Part shown: piece after piece, positions 23,983 through 34,560 of the stretch
How the letters are laid out: each line of letters starts with the position of its first letter
Numbering within the stretch: position 1 is the stretch's first letter
Assembly: GCF_009834535.1 (NCBI RefSeq)
Contig: NC_045697.1
Location: 2,420,001 to 2,484,000, forward strand
Length of the DNA: 64,000 bases
Source: Camelus ferus
Lineage: Eukaryota
Direction of reading: 5' to 3'
Notes under the pieces: model-generated
What the model was told of the DNA's origin: nothing
Database searches by the model: none
The model's input: the letters and a program-made list of their open reading frames with translations, nothing else
Translations under genes and position numbers: made by a program

Positions 23983-25243
23983 CCTCCCCCACAGTCTCAC
24001 TGGGAGAGACACCCCCTCCATGCCAGCCTCAAGGGAGGACCCAGGACAGTGGCTGCCACTGTAACCCTGTCCCTAGCTCTCAATGGGGCTCCCAGGGTAA
24101 GGGGAACACGTGTCGGTGCCTGAAGGCCCTTGGTCCCTACAGAAGAGGAAGGGGACCGTCGTGGCCAGGGAGAAAATGTCACCATTGGCAGTGACTCCGG
24201 CAGAGCCACCCTGGCACAGGGGTCCAATTTAACCTTAGTTTCTTGCAACCCAGCGCAGAGCATCTGGTTCAGTTCAAGCTTCTCTACCTCTCTGCACCCC
24301 GGTCCCCAGCCCCCTGGGGCTCCCCTCCTCTCCCAAAGTGCCCTCTCTGAGGCCCTGAGGACCCTACTCTTCCTGGGAGAGAGCGTCTCCTCCAGGGAAA
24401 GCCCCTCAGTGCCTCCGCTCCCCTCTGGTGAGGTGCCCCTGCAGTCTGACCACTTAACCCCAAGGTCCGGCCGCTTGGCCGCTGGACACACTGAGCAACT
24501 CCCAGCTGGTGACCTTGTGCAGGTCCCGCCCCTCTCTGAGGCTCAGTCTCCTCATCTGCAGGATGGGGGTGCAGACCAGCTCCCCCCCGATTCACAAAGA
24601 AGTCAGCACTCAAGCGCATCAGTGACCCCAAGCTGTCACTGGAGCTCTGTGAGAGGTTAATGGCTCATTTGCATAACGAGCCCTGGCAATTAGAATCCGC
24701 CCGGGTGCCGGGGCTGCAGGGAGGCTGGTACCAGAGGCCTGTCTTCCTGCTCCCTGGTCTGGTCCTCCTGCTCGTTGTGTGTCTGGGGCTGCCGGGAGCA
24801 GCAGAGGAACCAGCTGTCACATTGCCCTGAGCACGTTTTAGAGAAAGGAGATGAAATCTGCGTGCATTTCCCCTGAATTGACTGCTGTCTTTCTGTCCCT
24901 TTCTCAGGAGCCGGCAGGCGGCCTCCGGACTCCCTGGTGCCCCTTCCCTGCAGACGGTCCCTCCAGCGCCGGGTCTGCCTCATCTCTGGGCGGGAGGGGC
25001 GGGGAGGTGAGCCCAGCCTCTGGCTCCTGCTTTGTCTTTAGAAGCAGGACTGCAGTCCCCTGGCCTGGACACTTCAGAGGTGTCAGGACGGGGAATGTTC
25101 TAGACAAAGGGAACTAAAGAGAAATGACAAGTAAGGGTAAGGCAAGATCCTCAATTAAATCTTCAACTAAAGAAAACAGAGAAAAGGCACATAATTTGGG
25201 GCAATTGGGGCAATTAGAATGGGGACTAGCATTAGACCCACGC

Positions 25244-25632
25244 TGTCTTAGCTCAGGCTGCCGGGACGGAGGCCCCAGACCCAGGGCTTAGCCTTCGGGA
25301 GCTTCTTCCTCACGTTCTGGAGGCCGGACGTCCGCGACCAGGGGTGGCGGGGCGGGGTCCTGGGGCGGGGTCTTCCCGGGGAGGAGCCTCCCGGCTCGGC
25401 CCAGACGCCCGACCCCCCCCCCCCCCCCCCGCGCTGAGCGCCCTCCTTCTGAGAGAGCCCTCTCTCCTCACTCTTCCTCTTCTTATGGGGCATAAGCCCT
25501 GTCACGGGGGCCCCAGGACCTCGTCTGAACTCAGTCACCCAATGCCCCACCTCCTAATGCCGAATGCCCTCGCCTTGGGGACCAAGGCTTCAAAGTGTGA
25601 ATCTGGGGGGCAAAGACATTCAGTCCATAATA
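25244..25632 (-). mobile_element. MLT1A-like solo LTR, CpG-enriched
   Basis: tgtcttagctcaggctgc start, ccccacctcctaat, gaatctgggggg..acattcagtccataa end. Confidence 0.8.
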
Positions 25633-25790
25633 ATTGCAGAGTGTCAACACTCAACTTTCAGATGTGGAATTTTTCAGGGTAAGAGAGTATGCTGGGTTTT
25701 AGGGGAAACACAATGCCAGTAGCTTACTTTCAACATGGAGATACATATATATACTTATGTATGTCTAGGAGTGAAAAATATGGCCAGCCA

Positions 25791-26270
25791 TGTCAGTAAG
25801 CAAAGGGTGCTGCGGCCATCGAGTCATCAGCCTCCACCACCAACCCCAACAGTGAGCGGAGGGCACTCAGGATGCGGACAGGCAGGCAGCCCGGCCTCTG
25901 CGGCCCCTCCAACTGTGGCCCCCCCAGGGGTCTCGGGATGGGAAAGAACAGACACTGGCCCTGGACAGCTGAGGTGCACATCAAAGGAACGGTTCCAGTG
26001 AGCCAGACCTTTGCACCTGCCCACACGCAGAAAAGCGCTAAATTCCCTGACTTGAGATGTCTGGTTCCCTTTAATTAACAAAAATCTTCTGATGCTCTGA
26101 CGGCTTAGTCTTTGTTGCAAAAGCTCCTCTATATCCTGGCTTCTCCCTTGACCCTTGGGAACAGTCCCTCAGAGCGATCTGAGAGGCTGCTTCTGGGCTC
26201 GAGTCCTCAGGAAGTCCACCAAATGACACATAACTCGGCTTCTAGGGTGTGCACTTTATTTCAGTTGACA
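25791..26270 (+). mobile_element. ERV1 (MER41-like) solo LTR, 480 bp
   Basis: Terminal inverted repeat TGTCA...TGACA; ccctcagagcgatctgagaggctg, gagtcctcag, tttatttcagttgaca end. Confidence 0.75.
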
Positions 26271-26599
26271 TATATATACAGAGAGAGAGAGGTCAAATGT
26301 GACGGGTGGTTAACGTAAGTGATGGTGGGTGTTTATTATATTATTCCTTCCATTATTCGGTAGGTGTGAATATTTTCAGAATAAAAAGCTGGATGAAAAC
26401 AAAGAGGGCTCCACATTATATACAGATCTGAGCTGGTGGTTAACCTTCCTGTCGGCCCCAGGACCTGTGTGACGGGGCCCCCAGGCCATTTCTCCCCAGA
26501 AGCCCATGTGTGGGTCAGCCAAGGGTGGAGGAGAGGGGCTCAGTGGGAGGGTCGCTGAAGGGACTGGGCAGGGACACAAAATGGAGGTCAGCCTGGACT

Positions 26600-26770
26600 T
26601 GGGGGTCAGCCCGGCTCAGGGACACACAGACAGAAAGGGCCCTGGGAGATTCCTCCAGCCAAGGTCAGTGGAACCCTGCAGATGCATGAGCTGACTAATG
26701 GGTATTTGTGCTGCTGAGGTTTGGGGGCTGTTTGTCATGCAGTATTATTATGCCCATTGCTAACGGATGC
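26600..26770 (+). mobile_element. MLT1H/I-like LTR 3' fragment
   Basis: ctgaggtttgggggctgtttgtcatgcagtattattatgcccattgctaacggatgca. Confidence 0.55.
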
Positions 26771-27199
26771 AGGGTCCCCTCTGCCACCCCAGAACACAGA
26801 CACACCTGCCCACCAGTGGGCAGGGGCACCAATGTCAGCCCCGCCCACTTGTCATGCTCCTGTATTTCCAGAGCATGTCCTCTGTGCCACACGGGCGCAG
26901 TGCCACCTCTTTCCTCTGTCCAACCCGCTGAAGGCCAGCAGTCTGGGCAGGAGGTCTGATCCTCCCCGAGACACAAGTGAACAAATGGAGGGTCATGGTG
27001 AGAAGGTTCTCCTTCCTCCTGTTGAGGGTGGGCATGACCTGGATGATAACCGTGGTGGCCCCCGGGCTGTGCAGTCAGCGCTGTGTGCTAACTTCTCCCC
27101 TCGTCTCAGCCTTGGCGCCGCCCCAGCCCGTCAGGTGCTGACCCTGTCAGGTGTTGGGAGCTTCAGGTGCTGACGAGGGGTGAGGGGTGACACCTTGCT

Positions 27200-27460
27200 A
27201 ACGTCACTGAACACCGTGCGGTGTAGGACCCCAAGCTTGAAGCATCCTCACAGGTTCACACACCCCTGGGCTGCTGTGCGCAGATGTGCACGGACGTCTC
27301 ATCTCATGCAGGTGAGCATCTGGAAAGATCAGGACGTACAAGCTACAGTGATGACAGAAGGCATCTCCGGGGGGAGTTCCAGGTGATCTTTATTTTCTTC
27401 CCCATATTTTTGCATGTTGCCAATGTTCTCGACAATGAACGTGCTACCTGCGAAATCAGA
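27200..27460 (+). mobile_element. L1ME-like 3' UTR relic
   Basis: ggtgatctttattttcttc...ccaatgttctcgacaatgaacgtgctacctgcgaaatcagaaa. Confidence 0.5.
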
Positions 27461-27779
27461 AACAGACACGCAGAGTGGGGAGGGGCTGGTGGACGCACGC
27501 TGGTGGGGTCAGCACCGAGGCTGGCTGTCCTTGGGTCAGGCTTCGGGCCGTAGCTCCCAAGTTTAGGGAGAGGAACAGATCTGAAGAGGCCGGAAGGTGG
27601 AGGGTTCAGGCCCAGCTCCACCCCGGCTGAGATGGGTGACCCTGGGCAGGTCCCTGCTCGTCTGCTGATGAGCCTGAGATGCCTGGCTACAGAATGAGGG
27701 GCTCACCCGGCCTCTCACCCACCAGGGGCCGTGACGACCCACAGGGCTGCCGGACGTGGGGCCTCACTCCAGGAGCGGC

Positions 27780-28115
27780 TCCCTGCAGCCCCGACCCCTG
27801 TGATCTTGGGGTGCAAGCACGCCCACTAGGAGTGTGGCCGCCCCCCATGCCCGCGGGCGCCCAGCTGGTCTGCGGTCGGCCCGGCAGCCCCGGAGCGGCC
27901 GCCCAGCGCGGCTGCCGCGTGGCGCCGGGCTCCCGGGTCCAGGCGCCGTGAGGGGCTGAGTTACCGGGATGAGCGAGGGGAAAGCCAGGCGGATGTGCGC
28001 GCACCGGCAGATGCCGGCGAGGACCGGCCGCCTCGGCGCCGCAAGGCCGGCTGCGGACCCTGCGGCCTCCGAGACCCCGGGACTCTGCCTGCGGGTTCGC
28101 ATCTTGACTGTGAGT
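27780..28115. promoter_or_regulatory. CpG island-like segment
   Basis: About 36 CpGs in 27841-28080 by hand count; no repeat recognised in the core; GTGAGT at 28110. Confidence 0.6.
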
Positions 28116-30529
28116 AATTGCAGGTGGGCTGCTGCGCCCCCTGCGTGGTGGTAGGAGAAACGGAGCACCCAGATTGCGTTCCTTCCTTCCCTCCAACTAC
28201 GCGGTCATCAGCCCTCGCTGTCAGAGAGGAAGAGCCCTCACCAAGCTTCTGCCCCAAGTTCCCATCGCAAGTGGGGGAACCGAGCCCTTGGGAGCCGCCA
28301 GAGTCCTCCCTGGACAGCAGATGAGTCTGGGAGGAGCAGGGGTGAGAGTCAGCCCGTCCCAGGGCATGACCTTGACTGGCCACTTAACCTCCCCAAGTCC
28401 AGATGGGGAATTCCGTGGTGGCCCCCAGCCCTGTCCTGTGGGCACTCACAGCTTCCTCCGTCCCTCTCCCAGGTCAGGAGCCTCTTGCTGGGGCAGGCCT
28501 GCCCGCCGGCCCTGAGTAATGAGCAGCCTCTGGTGTGAGTGCTGGGCGCTTGAGAAGTGACTGGCAGGTGCCACCCACAGCCCGTGGGGAACTGAGGCCT
28601 CCATCTTCCTCTTGTGTGAACTCCCCTGCAGGTGAGCACAGCCGTCTAGGTCCAGCGATGGCCTCAGCCGCCCTGCTCCCCTGAAAGCCCCTCCCTGCCC
28701 AGCTCAGCCGCCAGGGTGGTGAGTGTGCCTGTAGGTGCAAGGGCCTCTCCATCCTTTCGCAGGCAGGACAGGTCCTCCTCGAAACCCTCACCAGATCCAG
28801 GCCCGTCCACACAAGTCCCCAGACGTCCTGCTCCCGCATGTGAAGGGAGACGAAGCCACACATGCAACAAGGAGACACACCCAGAAAAGGCTGTGACTGA
28901 GGAAAGCAGCAACCTGGGTGGCTTCCTGGAGGTGGCGCTCCTTGGGCTGGAGGTGAAGGGCTAGAGCAGCAGAGGGAACAGCACGTGCACAGACCTGGAA
29001 GCAGGGGCCGCCCAGGTGAGGCAGGGGGGCCTCGGGGCCCAGGGAGTCATGGAGATGGCTGGTGCGGACACTAGGTCACAGAGTTGGTGACCATCACACG
29101 AGCACAGGTGTGAAGCGGAGACACAGGAGCTGCACAGGGTCTGGATCCCCCAGCACCTTAAGCTGAGGATCCTCCCTGCCTCTGATTCCTGCCGCCCCGG
29201 GCTGTCCCATGAACGCTAGGCAACCCACATCTCAATCCTTAAAAAATTTTTTTGGCTACCCTGAGGTCGTGCTGATTTAATCCATTAATTCCACAAATCG
29301 CTGAGTTGATGCCTGATTACAACCACGCAAGGCTCCGACAGCCCTGAGAGCTGGGCCCCCGTTGCCCCCTTGACATCACAGCCCCGGCAGCGGAAGGGGC
29401 TCCGGGTCTGTCCCCTCCTGGGAGGTTCAGCAAAACGAGCCGACGCAGGTGGAGGGGCAGGGGGCCCGGACGGGCAGCTCAGGGCCCCACAGCCCTGCAG
29501 GCACCACCCCACCTCCCGTCTATTTGTCTGCGGCCCCCTAATCAGCACTCCCATAGACAGAGGCCTCTTAATCCTCCCTCTGTTGGGAGAAACTTTGGCC
29601 CAACTTGACTGAATGACTCGACAGACGTCACTCTGCAGTCACACAGCCTGGCCAGTGGCCTCTCTGGGCTCCACACCCAGTTGGTGACCAACTGCCTGGT
29701 GGCTGGAGGGGAGTTGAAAGGAGAATTCCCAGCAGAGGCTGGCCTGGGAGCTGTCCCCTCTGGAGAGCGGTGGGGCTCTCCCCCCACATCCCCCACCTGC
29801 CTCTCCAGGGGGTCCAGCGGGACTGACCTTGAAGGGGGGGCCCTCCTGGGGGAGTCACAGGCAGAGCCAGCCTGCGCTCAGCCTCCTTTAGCTGCTGGCA
29901 ACTAGATGGGGCAGGTTGTCCACGGGCAGGGGGTCCAGGCAGTGGGGGTGGGGGTGGGGAGGAGTAGGGGGCAGGGAGCGAGAGCTGGCTTTGGAAGAGA
30001 GGCCTCCCCGTGAGCTCTGGCCTGAGGCTGGCTGCGTGGGGGAGGCGGGGGTCCAGCCAGCTCCCCAGAGCCAGCAAGGGATGGGCCAACCTCCCGGCCT
30101 CTGATCCCCCGACTGGCGGGGAGGAGGGATGGCGGTTGGGGCCCGAGTGGCTCTAAGCGCTCCGTGTGCGGAACCTGGTTCCGGCCTCACAAGGGCCCCC
30201 AGAGAGGAGGTGACACTGCCCTCCCTGCACAGATGACGAAGCAGGGTCAAGCACCCTGGGGACGTGCCCGCCACACAGACATCAAGTGCGCTGGGACTTG
30301 GACCCTGGCACCCCGGCCGCGAGGGTCTGCCTGAGGGCACTTCACCCCCAGTAAGTCAGCGTCTTTGATTCCAGACTCTGTCCTCTGCCTTTTCACTTTG
30401 CTCGACCGTGACTCTTCCGGGTTCTGGTGGATGGTGGCAACCCAGCCCCTGAGCCCCCTTCAGAGTCTGCTTGGGGTTGGGGTCCCTGAGGGGTGTTGGC
30501 TGTCTGGGTTTGAGTGGCGACCATTTGTC

Positions 30530-31690
30530 ACACTTTTGTTTATCTGTGTCCCCCAAAAGAAATGCTTACCAAGCACCTGCAGCTTGCCAGTACCATTCTG
30601 GACGAGGGCCCTGGTGGGGAACAAAGCAGACCCCTGCCCTGTGGACGGCATCCTCCCCCAGGACCAGTGGACAGTGGGGGTGCCCTGAAGGCCATGGGTG
30701 TGAGGGCTCTGTGAACTTGAGGGGTGAGCCAGCCAGGAAGATGACATCTGAGCCAAGACTTGAAGGAAGAAAGTGACGTGGATGTGGGGTCGGGGGTTCA
30801 GACAGAGGGCGGGCCCAGTCTAGGGGGCACAGTGGGCTGGCGTGGAAACTGGGGCAGGGGGTGTGAGGCAGGAGACGAGGTCTGAGGTCTGACTGCTGAC
30901 CACCCACTGAGCCAGGCCACGCAGGGCCCCTAGGCTGCAGTGAGGATGTTGGCACCTGCTCCCTCCTGTTCCTCCAGGGTCTTGAGGGGGGAGGGTCGTG
31001 GTTCAACTCACCTCCCAAGGCCCTGGCTACTGCCTGAGAACAGATGGGCAGCGGCCAGGAGGCAGGCTGCAGGCTTCTGCCGTGGTCCAGGTGAGATCGG
31101 AGGGGGCTTGGGCCAGGTGGACACAGCGGAGGGGAGGGGAGGGCCCAGACTCTGAATTCTGGATGCCAAGTGAACAGGCAACAGCTTGGCTTCAGGGTAT
31201 GAGAAAAAGAGGGGATGAGTAGCAGGGGCTGTGGAGAGAGGGGCAGAGGTGGCTCAAGACGGAGCCCTGGCCTCCAAAGGTCAGAAGGAAGAGGGCAGAG
31301 AACAGAAGGGGAGTGGGGGGAGGGGGCGGCTGGAGTGGCAGGAAGCGGACCAGGACCTGGGAGCCAGAGGAAGGCAGGATCCCGGAAGAGACGATGCCTG
31401 CAGGCAGCGGTGGGAGGCTGTGGCCGTGCAGAGCTGGCCCTGGCTTTGGCAGAGTGGGGGTCGCCAGGTGGTTTCTGGTGGAGAGGTGGGAGCTCACTTG
31501 CCCAGCTTGGACCCAAGACGGGAGAACACTCGGAGCGGGCTTTCCATGAGTTTTGCTGCAAAGAGGAGCAGAGACCTGCAGGATGGCCCAGGGGGAGGTG
31601 GAGTCGGGAGGAAGGTCCGCTGGTTTGCTTTTAAAGTTGCACTAATGCAGGTGTGCGGCGACGGGAACCACCCGGGGTAGCGGCGCTGCC
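30530..31690 (-). mobile_element. L2 LINE relic
   Basis: aaatgcttaccaagcacct, gaacaaagcagacccctgccct, ggaagatgacatctgagccaagacttgaagga, gagttttgctgcaaagaggagcagaga. Confidence 0.6.
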
Positions 31691-33089
31691 CTGCAGAAGG
31701 TTCTCGAGGGACTGGAAGGTTGGAAGACAAAAAAGACGTGGGGTGAGGGGTGGGCAGCAGGCAGAAGGGACGAGGGCTGCAGGCCTGGTGTGGAGGCTGG
31801 GACGGGAGTGGCCAGGACGTGTCAGACTGGGCCGTGCTTTGGCCTCTGCTTGTTCAGGTCCTGCAGCCCCTGACCCTCCGAAGGTGGGCACGCGCTGTCC
31901 ACAGGCACGTCCTTGCGGTGGGCAGGACCCCTGGCCTGGTCGCTATCTGCTGGGGCTCTGGATGGGTGTGGGGGGGTGAGCTGGCACCCACCCAGGTCCA
32001 CGGGGGCCAGACAGGCAGCTCCTGGACTGTTGAATTTAGGGGACTGTGAGCAACCCTCGCCTTCCTGTCAGGAGAAGGGGACCAGCTGAGGGACTAGACA
32101 CAGGTGCAGGACCCAAAGCCTGATTCCTGACCAGGTCGATTGGCGCCTGTGGCTCGAGAACGGACCAGCTGGACGACTGGCCCTGCCGCCTCCTGCCTCG
32201 GTCTTGGGCCAGAATCAGCCCACTTGCCTGAATCACCATCTGTGCCCTTCAGGCAGAAACTACAGAAAACACCGACCCGCCCCCCGCGCCCACCCAGGAC
32301 GTGAAGCTTTCAGCTCCAGACCTCACCGGGGCAAGGACGGGGCCCACCTGGCCACACTCTCCTGCAGAGATGGGAGCGCAGCGGGGAGGCAGGAGGGGAG
32401 CCGGGCTCTGTTCTGCCTGGGGAGTGGGTCCCCCCACAACCCTCGTGTCCCTTACAGGCGTGTGTTCACAACCAGACGCTGATGGGCAGCTGGGGTAGGG
32501 GCAGCATCACCACCCCCCGTACTATTATTTTCCCCACTTCACAGAGTAGGAAGCTGAGGCTGGGGCTCCCTGTGGTCTGCGGTCGCAGCCGTCCACTCCC
32601 TGCTTCCCGCTCTCGCCTGCATTGTGGCTCAGTGTCACCTCTGCCCCGATATCCTGGCGGATAAGCATTGTTCAGGAGAGGGAAACATCTCTGTGTTTCA
32701 TTTCCTCTCCATTGTAGGAGGACGAACGCCCTTGGCCAGCCTGCAGGAATAGGCCTCCTGCTCCCCTCCCTGTGGTTCTGGATATTAAAACCACCACCGC
32801 CTGGGCTGGAAATACGCCGATGAGAACATTTCCTTTAATGAGCCCAGCATCAGAGAGCAGCCCAGACCGCGGCTCTCTGTGCAGCCCCGGGAGACGGGGG
32901 CAGAGTGGGAGACCAGCCCTACTAAGCCCTGGGCCAGCACAGACTCCCCTTGCCCCTCACCCAACCCCGCTTGGCGACCCAGGCAACAGTGCAGCCTGGC
33001 CCACACTGCATGGTAGAGTTGGCTCTCTGGGTCTGAATGTCGAATTCTCCACCGATGCTGGGAAGTTCTGGGCACAGGATGTAACCTTC

Positions 33090-33620
33090 CCAGCGTCCAC
33101 ACCCTGCAGCCCTCCACACTTCTTGCTTGCTGGCAGGGCCAGATTTTGTCGGGTGTTCCCCATCCCCCTGCCAATGACTTTGGGAAGGGGGCATGCCCCC
33201 TTCCCAGCTTCAGGGGTAAATCCTACAAAGTGGAAACACTGCTGGTGGCCGATGTTCTGAGCACTGAGTTCTGGCCACTAAGATGGGAGTGGAGGCTACT
33301 GGGAGCTCCAGGGAAATGTTTCCTTCCTCTCAAAAAGGCCCATGGAAAGATGATCTCTTCTTCCACTAAACATGACCACATCTGCTGTGATTTCCGGAGC
33401 AATGGCAGCCACCCTGGGGCCATGAGGAGGATGGATCTGAGGTCAGAGAAGAGAGGTGGGAAGAACCTGGGTTTTTAATACTCTTTCTATGCCTCTGAAA
33501 TCTCCATCTCTGGAGCCAGGCCCCCTCAGAACTTCCTGTTCTGTGAGTTAAAACTTAGTCCTTATTGTTTACAACATTTTGAGATTTTTTTTTTTCTATT
33601 TGTGGCCAAAGTATTCTGAT
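33090..33620 (+). mobile_element. MLT1I/J-like solo LTR
   Basis: gttctggccactaagatg, ggcagccaccctggggccatgagg, aagaacctgggtt, aacttcctgttctgtgag..ccttattgttta. Confidence 0.65.
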
Positions 33621-34164
33621 GTTCTCAGGATCCTCATCTGTAAAAGGGGATCATAAACCACCTAAAATGTGTCCTTCTCAAATAAAATAAAGCCCAGAAC
33701 TTCCCAAATTGGCAGTGGCAGGAGTCCCATCTGTCTGTCTGTCACCTGTGCATCTGTGCATCTGTGTATCCGTCATTATCACCCCCACCCCAGTCACTCG
33801 CTCACCTCTTGGTCCTCCTTTCCTGCCTTGCTTCCTCCTGTGCCCGGCGGTAACCCCAAGGTTCCTCCCTTTCCTGGAAAGTCAGCCGGGAAGACTGCTC
33901 CCGGAGAGGGACCTGTGAGGATTTCCAGGGCCACCCGGCACCCACCCGCGTGGCTGCCAGCTTGGCTCCATCAGAGGTGTTTGAGTCATTTTGGTCTCTC
34001 CCCACAGTGGCCAGAAGTCTGGACTCTGAGGTGAGTAGGCCCCCTTGCTTTCTGGGGTCCCAGGTTTTCACTGGTATGACCCCTGGAGTGCAGACTCCGA
34101 GGAGGAGTTTGGGGAGCAGGACGTTTATTTGGGGATGGCTTGGGGTCTGGACTGAGGAAGGGAA

Positions 34165-34560
34165 GTGTGGCTAAATGCAGACCCCAGATGAGATGAGTCC
34201 ATGTCCCAGACTGTGAACCTGTGAACATGACTTATGTGGAAACTGGGACTTTGCAAGTGTGATTGGGTTACCCAGGGGATCCCTGGATTCAGTGACGAGT
34301 GTCCTTATAGGACAGAGGAGAGGAGACCCAGAGGGGAGGCCGTGTGAAGAGGGAGGCAGAGCCCTGTGACGCGGCCACAAGCCCAGGACGCCTGGAGCCC
34401 CCAGAGACTGGAAGTGGCAGGAAGGAGCCACCTCCCAAGGGCAGAGCCCTGCCCGCGCTTGACTTTGACCTGCAGCCTCCAGAGCCATCAGAGAGTGGAT
34501 GCTGCTCAGAGAAGCCCCTCGTTTGGGGTGCTTTATCACCGCAGCCCCGAGACATTAATC
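34165..34560 (+). mobile_element. MLT1C-like solo LTR
   Basis: gaacctgtgaacatgactt, gtgtccttatagg, ggccgtgtgaagagggaggcagag, ggccacaagcc. Confidence 0.8.

Larger units (their letters stand above)
25110..26390 (+). mobile_element. Old L1MC/L1ME 3' UTR relic split by two LTR insertions
   Basis: Pieces at 25110-25240, 25635-25790 and 26271-26390, ending tgtgaatattttcagaataaaaag. Confidence 0.55.
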
